Shown piece after piece: positions 28,251 to 45,600 of a DNA stretch of 64,000 nucleotides. The position numbers and the translations under genes were made by a program. Position 1 is the first letter of the stretch. Each line of letters begins with the position of its first letter. The stretch comes from the human T2T-CHM13v2.0 reference genome, Homo sapiens. Where the stretch lies: NCBI RefSeq assembly GCF_009914755.1, contig NC_060937.1; one strand, given 5' to 3'. A model generated the notes under the pieces. That model had not been told where the DNA came from. It saw nothing but the letters and a program-made list of their open reading frames with translations, and did no database searches.

Positions 28251-28699
28251 TTTTTTTTTCTATGTAAACTGATATATATTTCTTTATTAAATAACAGGAA
28301 TCCAGTTACTGATTTCATTTTACTTTGGTTTTCAACAAGTTAAAAGCTAATTTATAGTCCAATCTGAATAACTATAATTTTTTCTATCGGCATATCTGCA
28401 TTCAAATTTTTTACATAGTCTCTTATCTTCGTTCTATTTATGTGTATTTTTGCTCTGAATTTATTTTGTACATATTCTTTTTTTTTCTTTTATTATTATA
28501 CTTTAAGTTTTGGGGTACATGTGCACATTGTGCAGGTTAGTTACATATGTATACAGGTGCCATGCTGGTGCGCTGCACCCACTAACTTGTCATCTAGCAT
28601 TAGGTATATCTCCCAATGCTATCCCTCCCCCCTCCCCCCACCCCACAACAGTCCCCAGAGTGTGATGTTCCCCTTCCTGTGTCCACGTGATCTCATTGT

Positions 28700-32051
<3,352 letters not shown>

Positions 32052-34062
32052 TAACAATCACAATCATAGTTATTTACACAAATGATTTGAAAAACCTGCA
32101 CATGAATGTTTATAGCAATTTTACTCATAACTGTCAAAAACTAGAAGCAGCCAAGATGGATAAATAAATTGTGACACATCCATACAATGGAGAATTATTC
32201 AGCCATAAGGAGAAATAAGCTATCAAGCTAGGAAAAGAGATGAAGAACCTTAAAAATATATTGCTAAGTGAACGATGCCAATATGAAAAAGCTTTATACT
32301 GTGTAAATTCAATTATACAGCTTTCTGTGAAAGGCAAAACAATGGAGACAATAAAATGATCATTGGTAGCCAGAGGTTCATAGTGGGGAAGGAAAGGATA
32401 AATAGTTGGAGCATGGAGTATTTAGGGCAGTGAAATGATCCTGTATGATTGTGTAATGATGGACACAAGTTACAAGATGTTTGTAAAATCCTATTGAATG
32501 TACAACACAAAGAGTGAACCCTAATGTTGAGGATAACGGTAGTTAATCATAATGTATCAATGTTGGTTCATCAGCCATAACGTATCATTCTAATACAAGA
32601 TTTAAATAGTAGGAGAAATCGAGGGGAGGGGGAGGAAAGGGGAATAATATGAGGGAATTCCCTGTACCTTCTTATCAATTTTCCTGTAAAAGTAATACTG
32701 TTTAAAAATAAGTAAATAGTATAAAATACTGTCATAAAATACAACTATAAAGATATAAACAGAAGTGCTCTAGATTTTTATAAAAATCACTGGAGAGTCT
32801 ATTAGATTTTATATTTGAAGAGTCATTAAGACTAAATACAGTGTCGAAAAATTGATGGTGAGTACCTACTGAACATAATAAAATAGTATATATAGACATA
32901 TTTCCCTATCTGGGAGCTTGTATTAAAATATACTGTATTAAAAAACAAACTTACAAGAGCTAAATATCAAAAGGAGGAATGGGCCATTATCTATTTTACT
33001 AAACTATTTAAAACAACTTATTGAAGATATATTCACTAAGACATGCAAATATTTGTTTTCCATCAATGAATGCCTGTTTAATATTTTGAGCAACTAAAAA
33101 TTTGTATAATTATGTATAATGACATGACAATATTATATTTCTTGAGTTCTACATTTTTTGAATATCTATTCTATGCAAACTCAGGGCTCTTCGTGATACA
33201 ACAATCTCCTTTTTCTTTTCTTACTCTGTTTTGTCAGATTCATAATACATGCTAATAAAAATAATTCTACAGCAACAGGATAATGACATATTGTCATTCA
33301 TTCAAGAACTTACACTAAATGTCTACCATGTGCCAGGACTTGATTTTTTTTTTTTTTTGGAAGAGAAAGAAAAGGAAAAGGAAGGGAATACAAGAAGGAG
33401 AGAAAGAGAAAGGAACAGGAAAAATAACTTTTCAAGTGTGACAGGAAGTCAAAAGTTTTAGGATTTCAACTTTAAAAACCCTATATAATTTTATGAGTGC
33501 TTTCTCTAAATGGTTTCAGAATCCTTATTATAAAATGAGCCGGTAACATTAAAAATGAGAGAGTTAAATGCTTTTCTGCTTGTTAGTATATTTTATTATA
33601 GATTCTGGTTTTTTTTCAAGTATTTTTTTCAAAAGTTACACAAGCTATGGTGTCTTTAGTAACTTTTACTCCTAATATTTTAGTAACATTAATTTGTTAT
33701 CTGATTTGATTGATAACTAAGTCTCATTAAATATACCCACTCTTTATACATGTTGTTATCTCTTACAATTAAAAAAGCAATATTAAATCTCTATATAGAA
33801 ACGACATGACCAAGGAATAAAACAGCTGTGAGTGGTAAAGCATGGAATTTGATAATACGATTATACTTTGGTGGCTTTCACTTCTTCCCCCAGGGATCTA
33901 AATTTGTTCATTATTTACAATAAGCATTTCCCTTAAAAAAACACTAAGCCTGGCCAAGTGAAGAATCAACAAATGAAAAAATGAACAGCAGAAGAGAATT
34001 ATTCTACAATAAGAAATCAATTGTGTCTCTCAACTGAGAATCACTAGCAAGAAACTGGTAAA

Positions 34063-34558
34063 CCAACCAACAAGTGGGTAAAGGAAATGTGAAATTATAT
34101 AACTAAATAAATACACACAAACACACACACACACACACACACGCACACACACAAGCACACACCATAGAATACTACTCAACCACACAAAGGAAGGAAATAA
34201 TAGCATTTACATTTGCAGCAACCTGGATGGAGTTGGAGATCATTATTCTAAGTGAAGTAACTCAGGAATGGAAAACCACATCTCGTATGTTCTCACTTAT
34301 AAGTGGGAGCTAAGCTATAAGGACATGAAGGCATAAGAACAATATAATGGACTTTGGATACTCGGAGGGAAAGGTGGGAGGAGGATGAGGGATAAAAGAC
34401 TACACATTGGGTACAGTGTACACTGCTTGGGTGATGGGTGCACCAATTCCCAGAAATCACCACTTAAGAACTTTTCCATGCAACTGAACACCATCTGTTT
34501 CCCCAAAACTGTTGAAATGAAAATAAAAGTAAAATAGTGTGTAACAAATAAAAAAGAA
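34063..34558 (+). mobile_element. L1PB 3' end with (CA)n at 34113-34162
   Basis: gaagtaactcaggaatggaaaacc…gggataaaagactacacattgggtacagtgtacactgc, an L1PB 3'UTR. Confidence 0.85.
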
Positions 34559-36300
34559 AACTAAATGTGTAACGGATTGTAGGGAACGGAGGCCATGGGT
34601 CTGTAGATCTGTACGTAATGATTGGTGTCTTCCAATAAAAGGTCCAGACTCCCTTAATATTAAAGGTTAAGTAATCCCTTTTGAATATTAAAATAACTAC
34701 AATAGCTCTTTTATACAAAATTGATACACGCATGCACGCACACATATACACAACCATATATTTTCTGAAGTAAATACGAATTTATTTCTTTTCATGTAAT
34801 GAAATATTTGTACTCTGACTTCTGATTACTTCCTTCCCAGATGTTCTGCATCATACTCTAGAGCTACCAACTAACTGAAGCTCCCAGAGCAGCTTACTGT
34901 CTCATATTTTTTGACACTTTTTTGCTCTTCTCTAGAAAGGCATTAATCTTCTTCTCTACCTGACATACATTCCTCCACATTCATCCTATAAAATGCAAAA
35001 TAATCATTACGTATTCCATGAAGATTCTGATTTCCCTTAATATCTTACCCAATCCTTTGTGTTAGTGGTATGCTTTTTATATCATTTCTATTGGATAGCC
35101 TGTGTGTATGACTGAAAGTGAATTGCTGGGGGTATGACCGCTTTCTTCCTCATCTTTGAATCATTGTTTCCTAGTAAAACATATGCAATGTAAGGTGCAC
35201 AGCAAATATTTGTTGAAAATAATTAAGAAAAATTCCCACTCTTCAGCAGTATACTAAATTGTCCAATCAAATGAAAGAGTAAGTCAATTTCCAGTGTCTA
35301 ACAATTTCTGAGAGCTAATTTTAGCACTGAAAATGTGAGAGAAATTCAGTATTTAAGAATTATATAAATTTTGCAGATAAAAGATTGGTGTTGCAGAACC
35401 ATGAATGTTTAACAATTTGTCAGTTCAGTATACACTATTCTGAATATTTTAGATCCTTCATTACCCTCTGCTTTCTTTTTATGTTTAGCCACACTTTGTG
35501 AAGCATTGCTTTGTAATATTGTGGTAATAATTCATAGCATTATCTCTGATGTCCAATATAAAAGACAATCAGTTTAAAAATAGATCAAGACAATGGATGA
35601 TTAATAAAATCAAATAACTTAAGAATTAACATACCTCTGAAATATATCAAAGACCTATTTGGTAATAATTACATAGAATAGGCCAATTTGAAGCATACTA
35701 TATTTAAGTAATAGTTGTTTTAAACATATTCTCCTGCATTTCAACTCATTTTTAGAAAAATTTATAGTAAGCTTAGAAAGAACTCTAAAAATGTATTAAT
35801 GTAAACATTTAAATGATTTTGTGTTTTATGAGTTATATAATGAAGATTTGTTTATTGATTTCCACTAACCTTTAGTTATAAAATTAATAATTTCAATAAA
35901 TAACTGTGAGGTTAGATTAAAACCCATAGAGTAATGGCTTTTTTGGTGCCAAGATAAGAATAATTCATAAAAAAATACATGTCTAAATCTCATTGATAAT
36001 AATTTATAAACAATAACTGCAAATATTTTACATTTTCATCATGGCATTAAATATTGCTGCAATCGAATCTGTGACTGTAGAAACTTCTTAATAATTTGTA
36101 TAATTATTGGTAGACACAAAAATTTCTAGATATATTATCCTATCCTTTTCTTAGGAGAATGTTTTTTAAAGTGATATTTTGCTTGGAACTTACAAGATTT
36201 ATTCAAATATAAGTAAATGAGTTTTGCTACTTCAAATGCTTAATTATATAAATACAACCAGGTATACACAAAATTGATGGTAATTGTTTGTTTTACATGG

Positions 36301-36380
36301 TTATCTAAAACATATTGAGAACTTGGGGTACAAAATAAACAACGCTTTTTACAAAGAGCTTTGACCTTTGACCTGATAAG
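36301..36380. promoter_or_regulatory. candidate enhancer motif cluster: GATA + FOX + perfect DR1 + GATA
   Basis: ttatct 36301-36306, ataaaca 36335-36341, tgacctttgacct 36362-36374, gataag 36375-36380; motif match only. Confidence 0.3.
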
Positions 36381-39300
36381 AATTTATTGTATTATTGCTG
36401 ATTTCACACACCTAGCCCCATATCTCCATATATAGTGTTTTTCCAATATAATATTTTAAATCTGTTATGAATTTTTAGTTATCTATCATATGTATTCTAT
36501 GAACATATTCTTAAAATATATTTATTTTCACAATAAAAATGTGATATTACTTAATTCACATACCCAAAATTGTATTTTTCAATAAATATTATTTTTATAT
36601 TATTATTATCATCATCATCGTTATTACTCTAAAATCAAATAAGAAACCAAAAGTCAATGTTCCATTTGTCTGTTACTGTTCAGGAAATATTACAATATGG
36701 CCATCATGAATTTTGATTTTTGTATGTTTATCATAACCTTTGAATCACTTTAATTTTTGAAATGTTGAACTTTTACCTTACAAAGCAGCCTTGCAGTTAT
36801 TATCTCAGGAAATGCAATAATTATCTGAAGACTGTAACCAGAAAGCTGGTCAATTTTTAAAGTCATTTAAATTCCATTGTTTCCACTTATTCTTAATCTT
36901 CCATCTGTTTATTATAATACAGTAACAACTTTTTAAAATCTGAGTATGCCTTCAACTTTTCAAAAGGGTAGAATTTGCATGGTGCAACATCCTATCTTCC
37001 TATACGACTCAATTACTATTAGAGAAATATTATTTACTAGCAGAAAATGTGCATATAAAGTCCTTTATAGCTTCTATGATGATGCAACTTTTAATTTTAA
37101 AAAATCACTTTATTGTATTCTCTTAAAAACTAATACATGAATTTGAAAATGGAGTTAAAACATTATAGAAAATGCTCTATTTTATTATTGAAAATGCAGT
37201 AAACATTTTGGCATAACACATAGAGAACATTTTCTTACTTGAATAAAATATTCATTGTTAAATAAAAATCACATATGTTATTTCAACTACCTGAAAACTG
37301 TAATATAATAAATATAAACAATGTTACAAATCAAGAAAAATACAATTGTATTAGCTATTTGAAGATTACTTAAAGAGTATAACCTGTACTCTTTCCTGGA
37401 ATCTGTTTTTTTGTAACTACATGCCTAGCTAGATCACTGCTTTCTTCAATCTCTTAAAACTTGCCATTTTTTTTTTCTTTTGAATATCTGCTTCTGCAAA
37501 ATAAAATAAACTTAAAAGAAAATAGCATATACCTCTCAATCCACAACCTGTTACCATTTCATCACAATATCTAGGTCCTTGCAATAACTCTCAGTAGCCA
37601 CAGTCAAATCTTCTCATGAATCATATGTGAATGGTTTGTAGTGACTTGTGAATCTATTCTCGTGGAAATTCTACTAACCAGAACATCTTTCTTTAAATTT
37701 TTATAATATAACACTAGTAACTTACAATTTGAAATTAAAAGTTTAAATCATTTAGTGATCTTTCTCCATATCAAGTAATAATTTCTTTCTCAGGGCTAGG
37801 GTAAAAATACTAAGTCTCCTCTTTGCTTGTTCTGTAGAAATCAACTTTAGGAAAGGTGATGGTTTGAAGTTTCTGGTAAATTCTAAAGAACAGTAATAAT
37901 ATTAAGAGAATCCAAGTAGGCTCAGAATTTTCACAGACATCAACATTCATCAAAAAAGTTAATTAATTTTTCAATTGAGTTTAAACTGAAATTCAAAGTA
38001 ACTGAGGCAGTGCAACAATTATATTTCTTTTCTCACCTATTTGTAAAAGTAAAAAATTATTTGGCCTGAGATATACAGGGTTTTATAAGACAAGGAGTCA
38101 AATTCATGGATGTCATTTAGGAAAAAACTAAGTTTCCCTTTGACTGTTTAGTGCTGAAATAAGAAAAATCCACAAATTCTCCAAGAATGCTTCTGGAATT
38201 TGCTATCCCAGAGAAGAAACTGTCCACCTCCCACTCCTATCGTAGGGAAGTTAGAGTCTGGTTTCATTACAAATCTGCAGACCATGGACAAGATAAGAGT
38301 TATGCATCTTACCTACAGGTCTTAGAATCAAATAAAAAATCATCGCCAAAAATACAACTTGCCTTAGATGTGTGCTGTGACCATTTATTATTTCATTAAA
38401 ATAGTGAAATATTTAATGATGTTTGAATATAAAATACTAGACATAGTTGAATGCATATTTCTCCTCCCTTCATACCCTTAATCACAAAATATAACATACC
38501 CCAGATTAAATGAGCCAAGATGCCCATCCCCCACAACTAGCATAGATGGTTTCTTCATTTCACAGTTTCCACAAGCAGCACAGAACCAGCTCCACAAAGA
38601 TTGCCAAAGGGAAATACCCTTAATGTTTTCTGTCTATAAAACATATTTTATGAATAGGTTCAAACTGCTTTAATAATCCATCTTGATGAGTTTGTTCCTA
38701 CCCTTAAGAGATTACCCCAAATCATGCTAGACTTTACTATAAGATATATATTATTTACGTAGCAGAGCTGTATAGCCAAGAGTTAAGTCAAAGAAGGGCA
38801 AATACATTTTAACTCTGTTACACTCTAAAATAGCTGAAATTCTGCACTATCATCTACCTTTTTCTGCTTGAAAAATACCTTTCCAATTTTTTCATGAATG
38901 CAACCACCTTTCTTATTCATTCTTCTCTTGGCACAATCATTTTATTTTAATGGATTTTCAATTTCGTGAATAATTACTATGCTAATATTTAACACATATT
39001 CCTTAATCTCAAACCCAAGTTCATACTCTTGGGTTTATTCCCATTACTCAGTTAAGAGGAAGATGACTTATTACATTCAACTTTTGGAAAAGATTTACTC
39101 AAAGTGAGGGTCTGTTTAAAAAGTTGGAATTTTGCCATTCAAATTTATCTTCCTCTCATTGTATGCAATATTTCTGTCTAAAATATGCTGTTCTTTATTT
39201 TTAATGTTGGTGGTGGTGGTGATGATAATGAGAGTACTGCTCTTGACGGCAAAAATAGTGATGATAGCAATGGTGATACCTTAAGTGACTTACAGAGATT

Positions 39301-40069
39301 GAGAAACAGCCCTATAAGATTTGAGTCATTATTCTTGCTTTGCCCAGTTCTCATCATGCCACCATTCTGATTCCTGATATTTCTACTTTCTAACTTTAAC
39401 CTTTTAAACTGTATCATTTCTCATTTTCAGTGAACCTCTACCAGCTTTACTGTGTATCCTTCAATATATTTTCAAACCTGAAATATGGCAATAATTGGTG
39501 ATCAAACTTCATTTGATTTTTTGGTGACATCCAACATTTTTTCTGTAATCACATAAATATATATTTTATTTATTGACTGTGGCTTTTTGAAAATTTAATT
39601 ATAAGACAGATCAAAAGCATGAAATGAAATGAGAAATTAAAAAATAATTTTAAAATAAAATATAATAAAAAGGATTTTATTACTGAAAAACATATTTCTT
39701 CATCTAATACTGTTAATGTATTTCTAATTTTATTCATTTTGGTCAACTTCAGAATGATTAAATGGCTGATTTAAAGAGTATATTTTAAAATATGTTTTTA
39801 AAGTAATGCTTAATATTACCAAAAGTAATATTTTATGTATATAATTATTACCCCAGATATTAAATATGCTTACAATCAATATAACTTTTATATTTATGCA
39901 ACAGCATACTCATAAAGTAGTTGATGATAAAAGAAAAGTATGTAAATATTACTGTTAGAAGATTTCTATTTAAAAAAATTCACTGTAAGTAAGATAAGCC
40001 CCACTAAGAAGGTCAGTCTTCTGGGAAATGAAAATAATTTTTAGAGCTAGTATTTGTTTAAAATTGGAA

Positions 40070-40295
40070 TATAGTGGTTAATCAAATAAACTTTAGAATT
40101 TAAATTTAGACATGATTCAGTTCTCTACTGTGACAATTACTAGCTCAATAATTTTGAGCCAGTTATCTAAATTTCCCCTCTCGGTTTTCTCACTTAAATG
40201 GAATAAGAGTAACATCTCATAGAGTTTCTATGAGGATTAAATGATTTCAGAATATCACAAGACACGTAGTAAGCATTATATAAATATTTGTTAAA
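40070..40295 (+). mobile_element. MIR SINE
   Basis: atagtggtta…ggttttctcacttaaatgga…ctcatagagtttctatgaggattaaatga. Confidence 0.7.
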
Positions 40296-41696
40296 TACAA
40301 TTATTTTATATGGGATTATATTAAAAAAGAAAACTACTTAAAATAATACTTAGCTTTAGAAGGAAATAATCATATATAGAAAACATAATACATGATTTTG
40401 ATACAAGAAAGATTTACAAATAAAAGTGATATTTATGTCATTTCATGAATTTCTAAATATTCACACATTCATTCTTTTGTTTATTAAAGTATTTATTAAT
40501 AGTACAAAAATATTTTAATTAAAACAATAAAATTGAGCAAAATGTATGAACATGGCTATCAATAAAATATTTCTGTCTTTTTACCTTACTGATACAATAA
40601 AAAATATATTGTGCTATTTCTAGAATTTAAACCTTCTGTTATGAGCAAAATAGAACTTAAATCTTATTAAAGAGACAGCCTCATTTTCATGTTATGAAAT
40701 TGCTTTCTACACTATTTTTTTCCATAGGTAGTGCCAGCAGAAAATTTGAAGTACATGTCCATATTTCTAAAACAAAGAATTAATAATGTTTTACTGGAAT
40801 TCTTACACCTGGATACAACCTAAAGAAAAGTCTAATTAAGATCATTATTGATGATGCAATGATTTTTTTACTGATTCTGATGCTAACCTCATTACAGCAG
40901 CAGCTTTTCTCTGTTTTGCTCTCTATAGACTTGTATACATAACAATTAACAGATGTTTAGGGAAACACTTTAAACAGTTCACATTGGCATGATCATTAGG
41001 TTACAACAAGAATTGTTTCTACTCCTTAAATAATGCAGCTACACAATATTTCCTAATTCTGTGTAGAATTTTTTTAAGCCTCAGAGTTGAGGTCAGGCTC
41101 ATACTTGCCTTCATCCATAACACCATGCCTATCCTTTGCCAACATAATAAAAAATAAGTTTTTTAAAAAAACATTTATTTAGATCAGGTAACAACAACAG
41201 CAAAAGTAATAAAAATATTTCAGAATATATTTCTGTATGTTAGTTTCATACATTTGGAAAACTTAATACCTCAATATATACAATATCCTATTCTGCCCTA
41301 AAAACTCTGTAGTCTAAAAATATAAAGAAAAATGTCCTGGTATAAAATTAAATGTTCGCAAATTATTAATATTGTTATTTTAAATTATGCATTAACAAGG
41401 AAGTCAAAGTTTAAGAAAATTCTTATAAATAATACATAGTTCATGGCACATTTCAAATTTAAGAACATCAGTACAAGCCATCTTAGCTCCTGTCATATGT
41501 TAAGGACCTTAACCATAAAAGGCATGAGAATGGTATTGTAGAAAATTAGAGGATAAATCAGATACAAATTCTGCAGCCTAGACTTTAAAATATATCAGAT
41601 TTTATACTTTAGACTTAAAATATAATCATGTACAATGCAGATAACGATAACTAAAGTAAGTGCACATTTAAAAATCAGATAACAAGAGTTATGAAT

Positions 41697-42530
41697 TATA
41701 TCTCATTCTGGTTTTAATTTGCAATTCCCTGATGATTAGTGATGTTGAGCACTTGTTCATGAACACATTGGCCATTTGTACATCCTCCTTATATCTTTCT
41801 CTTATTTTGAAATCAGATTATTTATTTTCTGGTTACTAGGTTGTTTGAATCTTTTATGTATTCCTCATCAGATAGTTTGAAATATTTTCGACCACTCTAA
41901 GAGTTGTCTCTTGATTTTGTTAATTGTTTTCTTTGCTGTGCAGAAGTTTTTAGTTTGATGTAATCCCATTTGTTTATTTTAACTTGTGTTTCCTTGTGCT
42001 TTTGGGGTCCTATCTGAGACATCATTGTCCAGACCAACCTGGCATTGTGTATATAATGGAATTCTATTCAACCATTATAAAGAATAAAATCCTGTAATTT
42101 ATGACAACACGGATGAACCTGGAGGACATTATATTAAGTGCCACATGATGGAACTTATTTCTGAAATCTAAAAATGTTGAACTCATAGTAGTAGAAATAA
42201 TAGTGATTACCAGAGACTGGGGGAGTGGGAAGGATGGGAATAGGAGATGTTTGTCAAAGGCTACAAAGTTCCAGTTAAACAGAAGGAATAAAACTTTGAG
42301 ATCTATTGCATAGCAAGGTTACTGTAGTCAATAATGATGTATTGTGTATTTCAAAATAACTAAGCATGTAAATTTCAAATGTGTCACTACAAAAAAAGAT
42401 GTGAGATAATAGATACTAACTAGCTTCATTTAATCATTTCACGTTGTATACATATATCAAAAGATAACACTGTACCCCATAAATGTACACTGCTGTAATT
42501 TATCAATTAAAAATAATATGAATAAAAAAA
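41697..42530 (+). mobile_element. L1MA with 5' inversion (minus part 41697-42037, plus 3' part 42040-42530)
   Basis: Reverse ORF2 3' sequence abuts the forward L1MA 3'UTR and A-tail; possible degenerate TSD aagagttatga / aaaagctatga. Confidence 0.7.
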
Positions 42531-42534
42531 GCTA

Positions 42535-42616
42535 TGAGTGAGTGCTTACTATGTGCCAGTCTTTGTTCCATGAACTTCATTATGTATTATATAATTTAAT
42601 CCTCACTACAATCCTG
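42535..42616 (-). mobile_element. MIR fragment
   Basis: gagtgcttactatgtgccag…atttaatcctcactacaatcctg. Confidence 0.65.
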
Positions 42617-45600
42617 TGTCAGTTTTGAAAGACTAAGCTAAAATAACAAATTAATTCCCAACATTTAGTGATTTAGAGTATAAGAAATTAACTTGTTTTT
42701 CAAGTAACATTTCAGGTCAGTCAAGGCCTACTTCACACAATTATTCAGGAACTCGATCTCTGCCATTGTCAACTGGTGGATTCCAAAGTTGTCATTATAA
42801 TTTCCATTCTATTTAGCTAGAAGGCAGAAATGAAAAGAAGAGGCATTTGGAAGGGTTATGGGCCAGGTCTAGAAGTGGCACATATGACTTCCAGGAGATC
42901 CCAATGAATAAACAATCCAGCTACAAACCGTGGTACTGAAAGAACAGAGGTAGGATCATGATGCACATTAAGGGAAAGGGTGGTTCAAGATGAGGCTAGG
43001 ACAGTGATTGATGAAGAATATGTCATTCAGGATATTGTTAACCATGTTAAAAGATCCTACAAGTCATATTATTGGGCTATTTATTTTAAACATAGTGAAC
43101 TACAGGATTTTAGTAAATAATTTTCTCAATTATTTACATTTTAAAATATTCCTCTGAGTTTCTTTCAAATAAATGTTTTATTTCATTACAGTTCTAGATT
43201 TATCAAAAATGCAATATATTAATAATAGAGATCTAGTAATAGAGATAGAGATCACATCCAGGTTTCCCTATTATGAACATGTTACATTAGGATAGTATAT
43301 TTGTCAAAATTAATTAAGTCCATTTTATTGATGTTTTTCATGATTGAGCTTTTGTTGTTTAAACACTCATTAATAAAGCAATGGTTACATAGATTTTTCC
43401 CCATGTTATTTTCTAGTTATGGTATTGTAATAGCTAGATACCATAGCTAGAAGATAACAAAGGGGGAAATTGGGTATTTCAGGTAGGAGAAATATGATGA
43501 TATCTTGGAATAGTTTTTTGATTTTGAAAAATGGAAAAATGCTCATGTAACATACATTCATGTGCTGACAAACTGTTATTGTGTATCTGTATGTTACACA
43601 AGGTAATTAAGTGCCAATATAAGCAGATATTTAATTAGTTATGATCACAGAATGTGAATGATGGAAGATGAATATGTAAAATTTATCAGGGATTTTCAAA
43701 TTCTGCTAATTTTACCTTACATTTGATAAAATGTAGGTTCCTGGAGGGGTAAAAGAAAAACAACTATTTTCTTGGAGAGCAGGGAATTCATGCTCCCAGA
43801 GCAGATGGAGGATCCAGCTGATCATTCTTAATTACCTATAGAGAACTATTTATTTTACTTGATGAATTACTGGAACTGTAGTTATTTTATTATCCTTTTC
43901 TAGAATTGCTTCCCTGTTAGTATCCTTACTGATAACAAATATGTTAAATTTGTGACTTATGTTTTGTAAAGGTAGTAAGAGAGAAAGAGAAAAGCAGGAA
44001 AGATGAGAAAATATAGAAAGTGTGTGAAAATTTAACATTATTGTACATAGGTCTCTTATTCACATTATTATAGTTTAATATATTAAAAGAAAAGCATTAG
44101 AGATATTCAAAGTTGACATTTTTATGTCTATTGGAGAAATATTTACCATTACTTCAATTCATATTCATCAGGTATATGGTACCTATTATTTTAACAAATT
44201 CATACTCAGAGATAGCATTAAGCATTCAATTATAAACACTGACATGTGAAATAAGCAGAAATATAATGATACCAAAATTACTCAGGAGGAAAATTAATAT
44301 AGCAAACTATTGAAGAGGATAAGTTATGAACAGAGAGATGGTTAAGCATCACCTTGAATATTACAGAGAAATATCCTCCAATTTTCTATAGCAGAAGACG
44401 GTAAGGAATTTTAAGTGAGGAAAGTGCTTACTCTTTATTGCTTGAGTTTCTCTTTCTCTCTCTCTCTCTGTCTTTCTCATTCTCTCACTATGATATTGTA
44501 TATATAACATAAAAAACTGGTAATTTGGAGATGTGAAATGTCACTAATGACCACAAACTCAGTACTTGAAACTCTCCTGTCTCCACACATACATAGCATT
44601 TGACAATGTTGTCTTGATTACATGGGCTTTTTGAACATTTATTTTCCCTTTTCTTCCTAAGTGCTAATTTTAGCTATTCACCATCTCTGTCTCTGATCAA
44701 TATTAATGTTTTTATAATAAATATAAAGTGCCAATATTTATTATGCATTTAGTGTAAACATAAATAATTAAAAATAAAAATGACACTAATTTACCCTTAT
44801 AAGAGAAATAAATTGGAATGTTTCTTTCACCCGCTCACACTGAGTGGTGTCAATTTTCAACATTTTAAAGTTGGAAAAAAAAAATTCTCTTGAGCTTTAA
44901 TTCAAACATATTTACTAACAAAGATTTTACCTCAGATATTACTGTCTTTATTTCTCCATTTTTTAATTTTTGAAAATAGTAATTTAATGAGAACGTGAAT
45001 GTAAAGAGTTTAAGATAGAATGTGGCTCTAATAATCAATCTTACAATAAACACAACTTTTCTTTCCATTGTGGCAACTAGGAAGAGATGTTTTTCTTGTA
45101 GCACATTCTTATGTGTTCTCTTTCACCCTTTTTCATGGTGCAAGGAATAAAAGTAGGAGTAGGTAAAAGCAAGGAATTACATGTTTATGTCTTAAAAATT
45201 ATATCTCCATAAGATTGCTGATATTTTATCTTTGTTGCTAGCATTTTTCCTGTCTTCTTTCTTTTTTTTGCATATTTTAATTTTTATTTTGTCACACTAA
45301 TTATTTTTCTATTTTTTTCATTTTTTATGCTTAGAAAATCCTTGCACAGCAGTGGGTAAATATTTACCTCTATGTTTTTTCTGTTGGATTGTTTGTGTTG
45401 TTAACATTAACACTTTATTTTGACTGTTATGTATTGTTTTATAGAGTGTGAAACTAAATTATTTTAATTACTCGTTAATTTTCCTAACATTAGCATACAA
45501 AGTATCCCTTCACCATTCATTTATAATACTGCCTGCATAATTTTTAAAATTATTTCTAGAATCAAGTTATTATGAGACTATTTCATACTATTCCTGGGAT

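Noticed and set aside
39178-39417. Overlapping ORFs with GGGGDDNES / SSPPPP
   Set aside because: Produced by a degenerate (GGT/GAT)n repeat; no splice context or homology recognised.
40710-40740. Plus-strand acceptor-like tttttttccatag
   Set aside because: No open frame or convincing partner donor; such motifs are common in AT-rich DNA.
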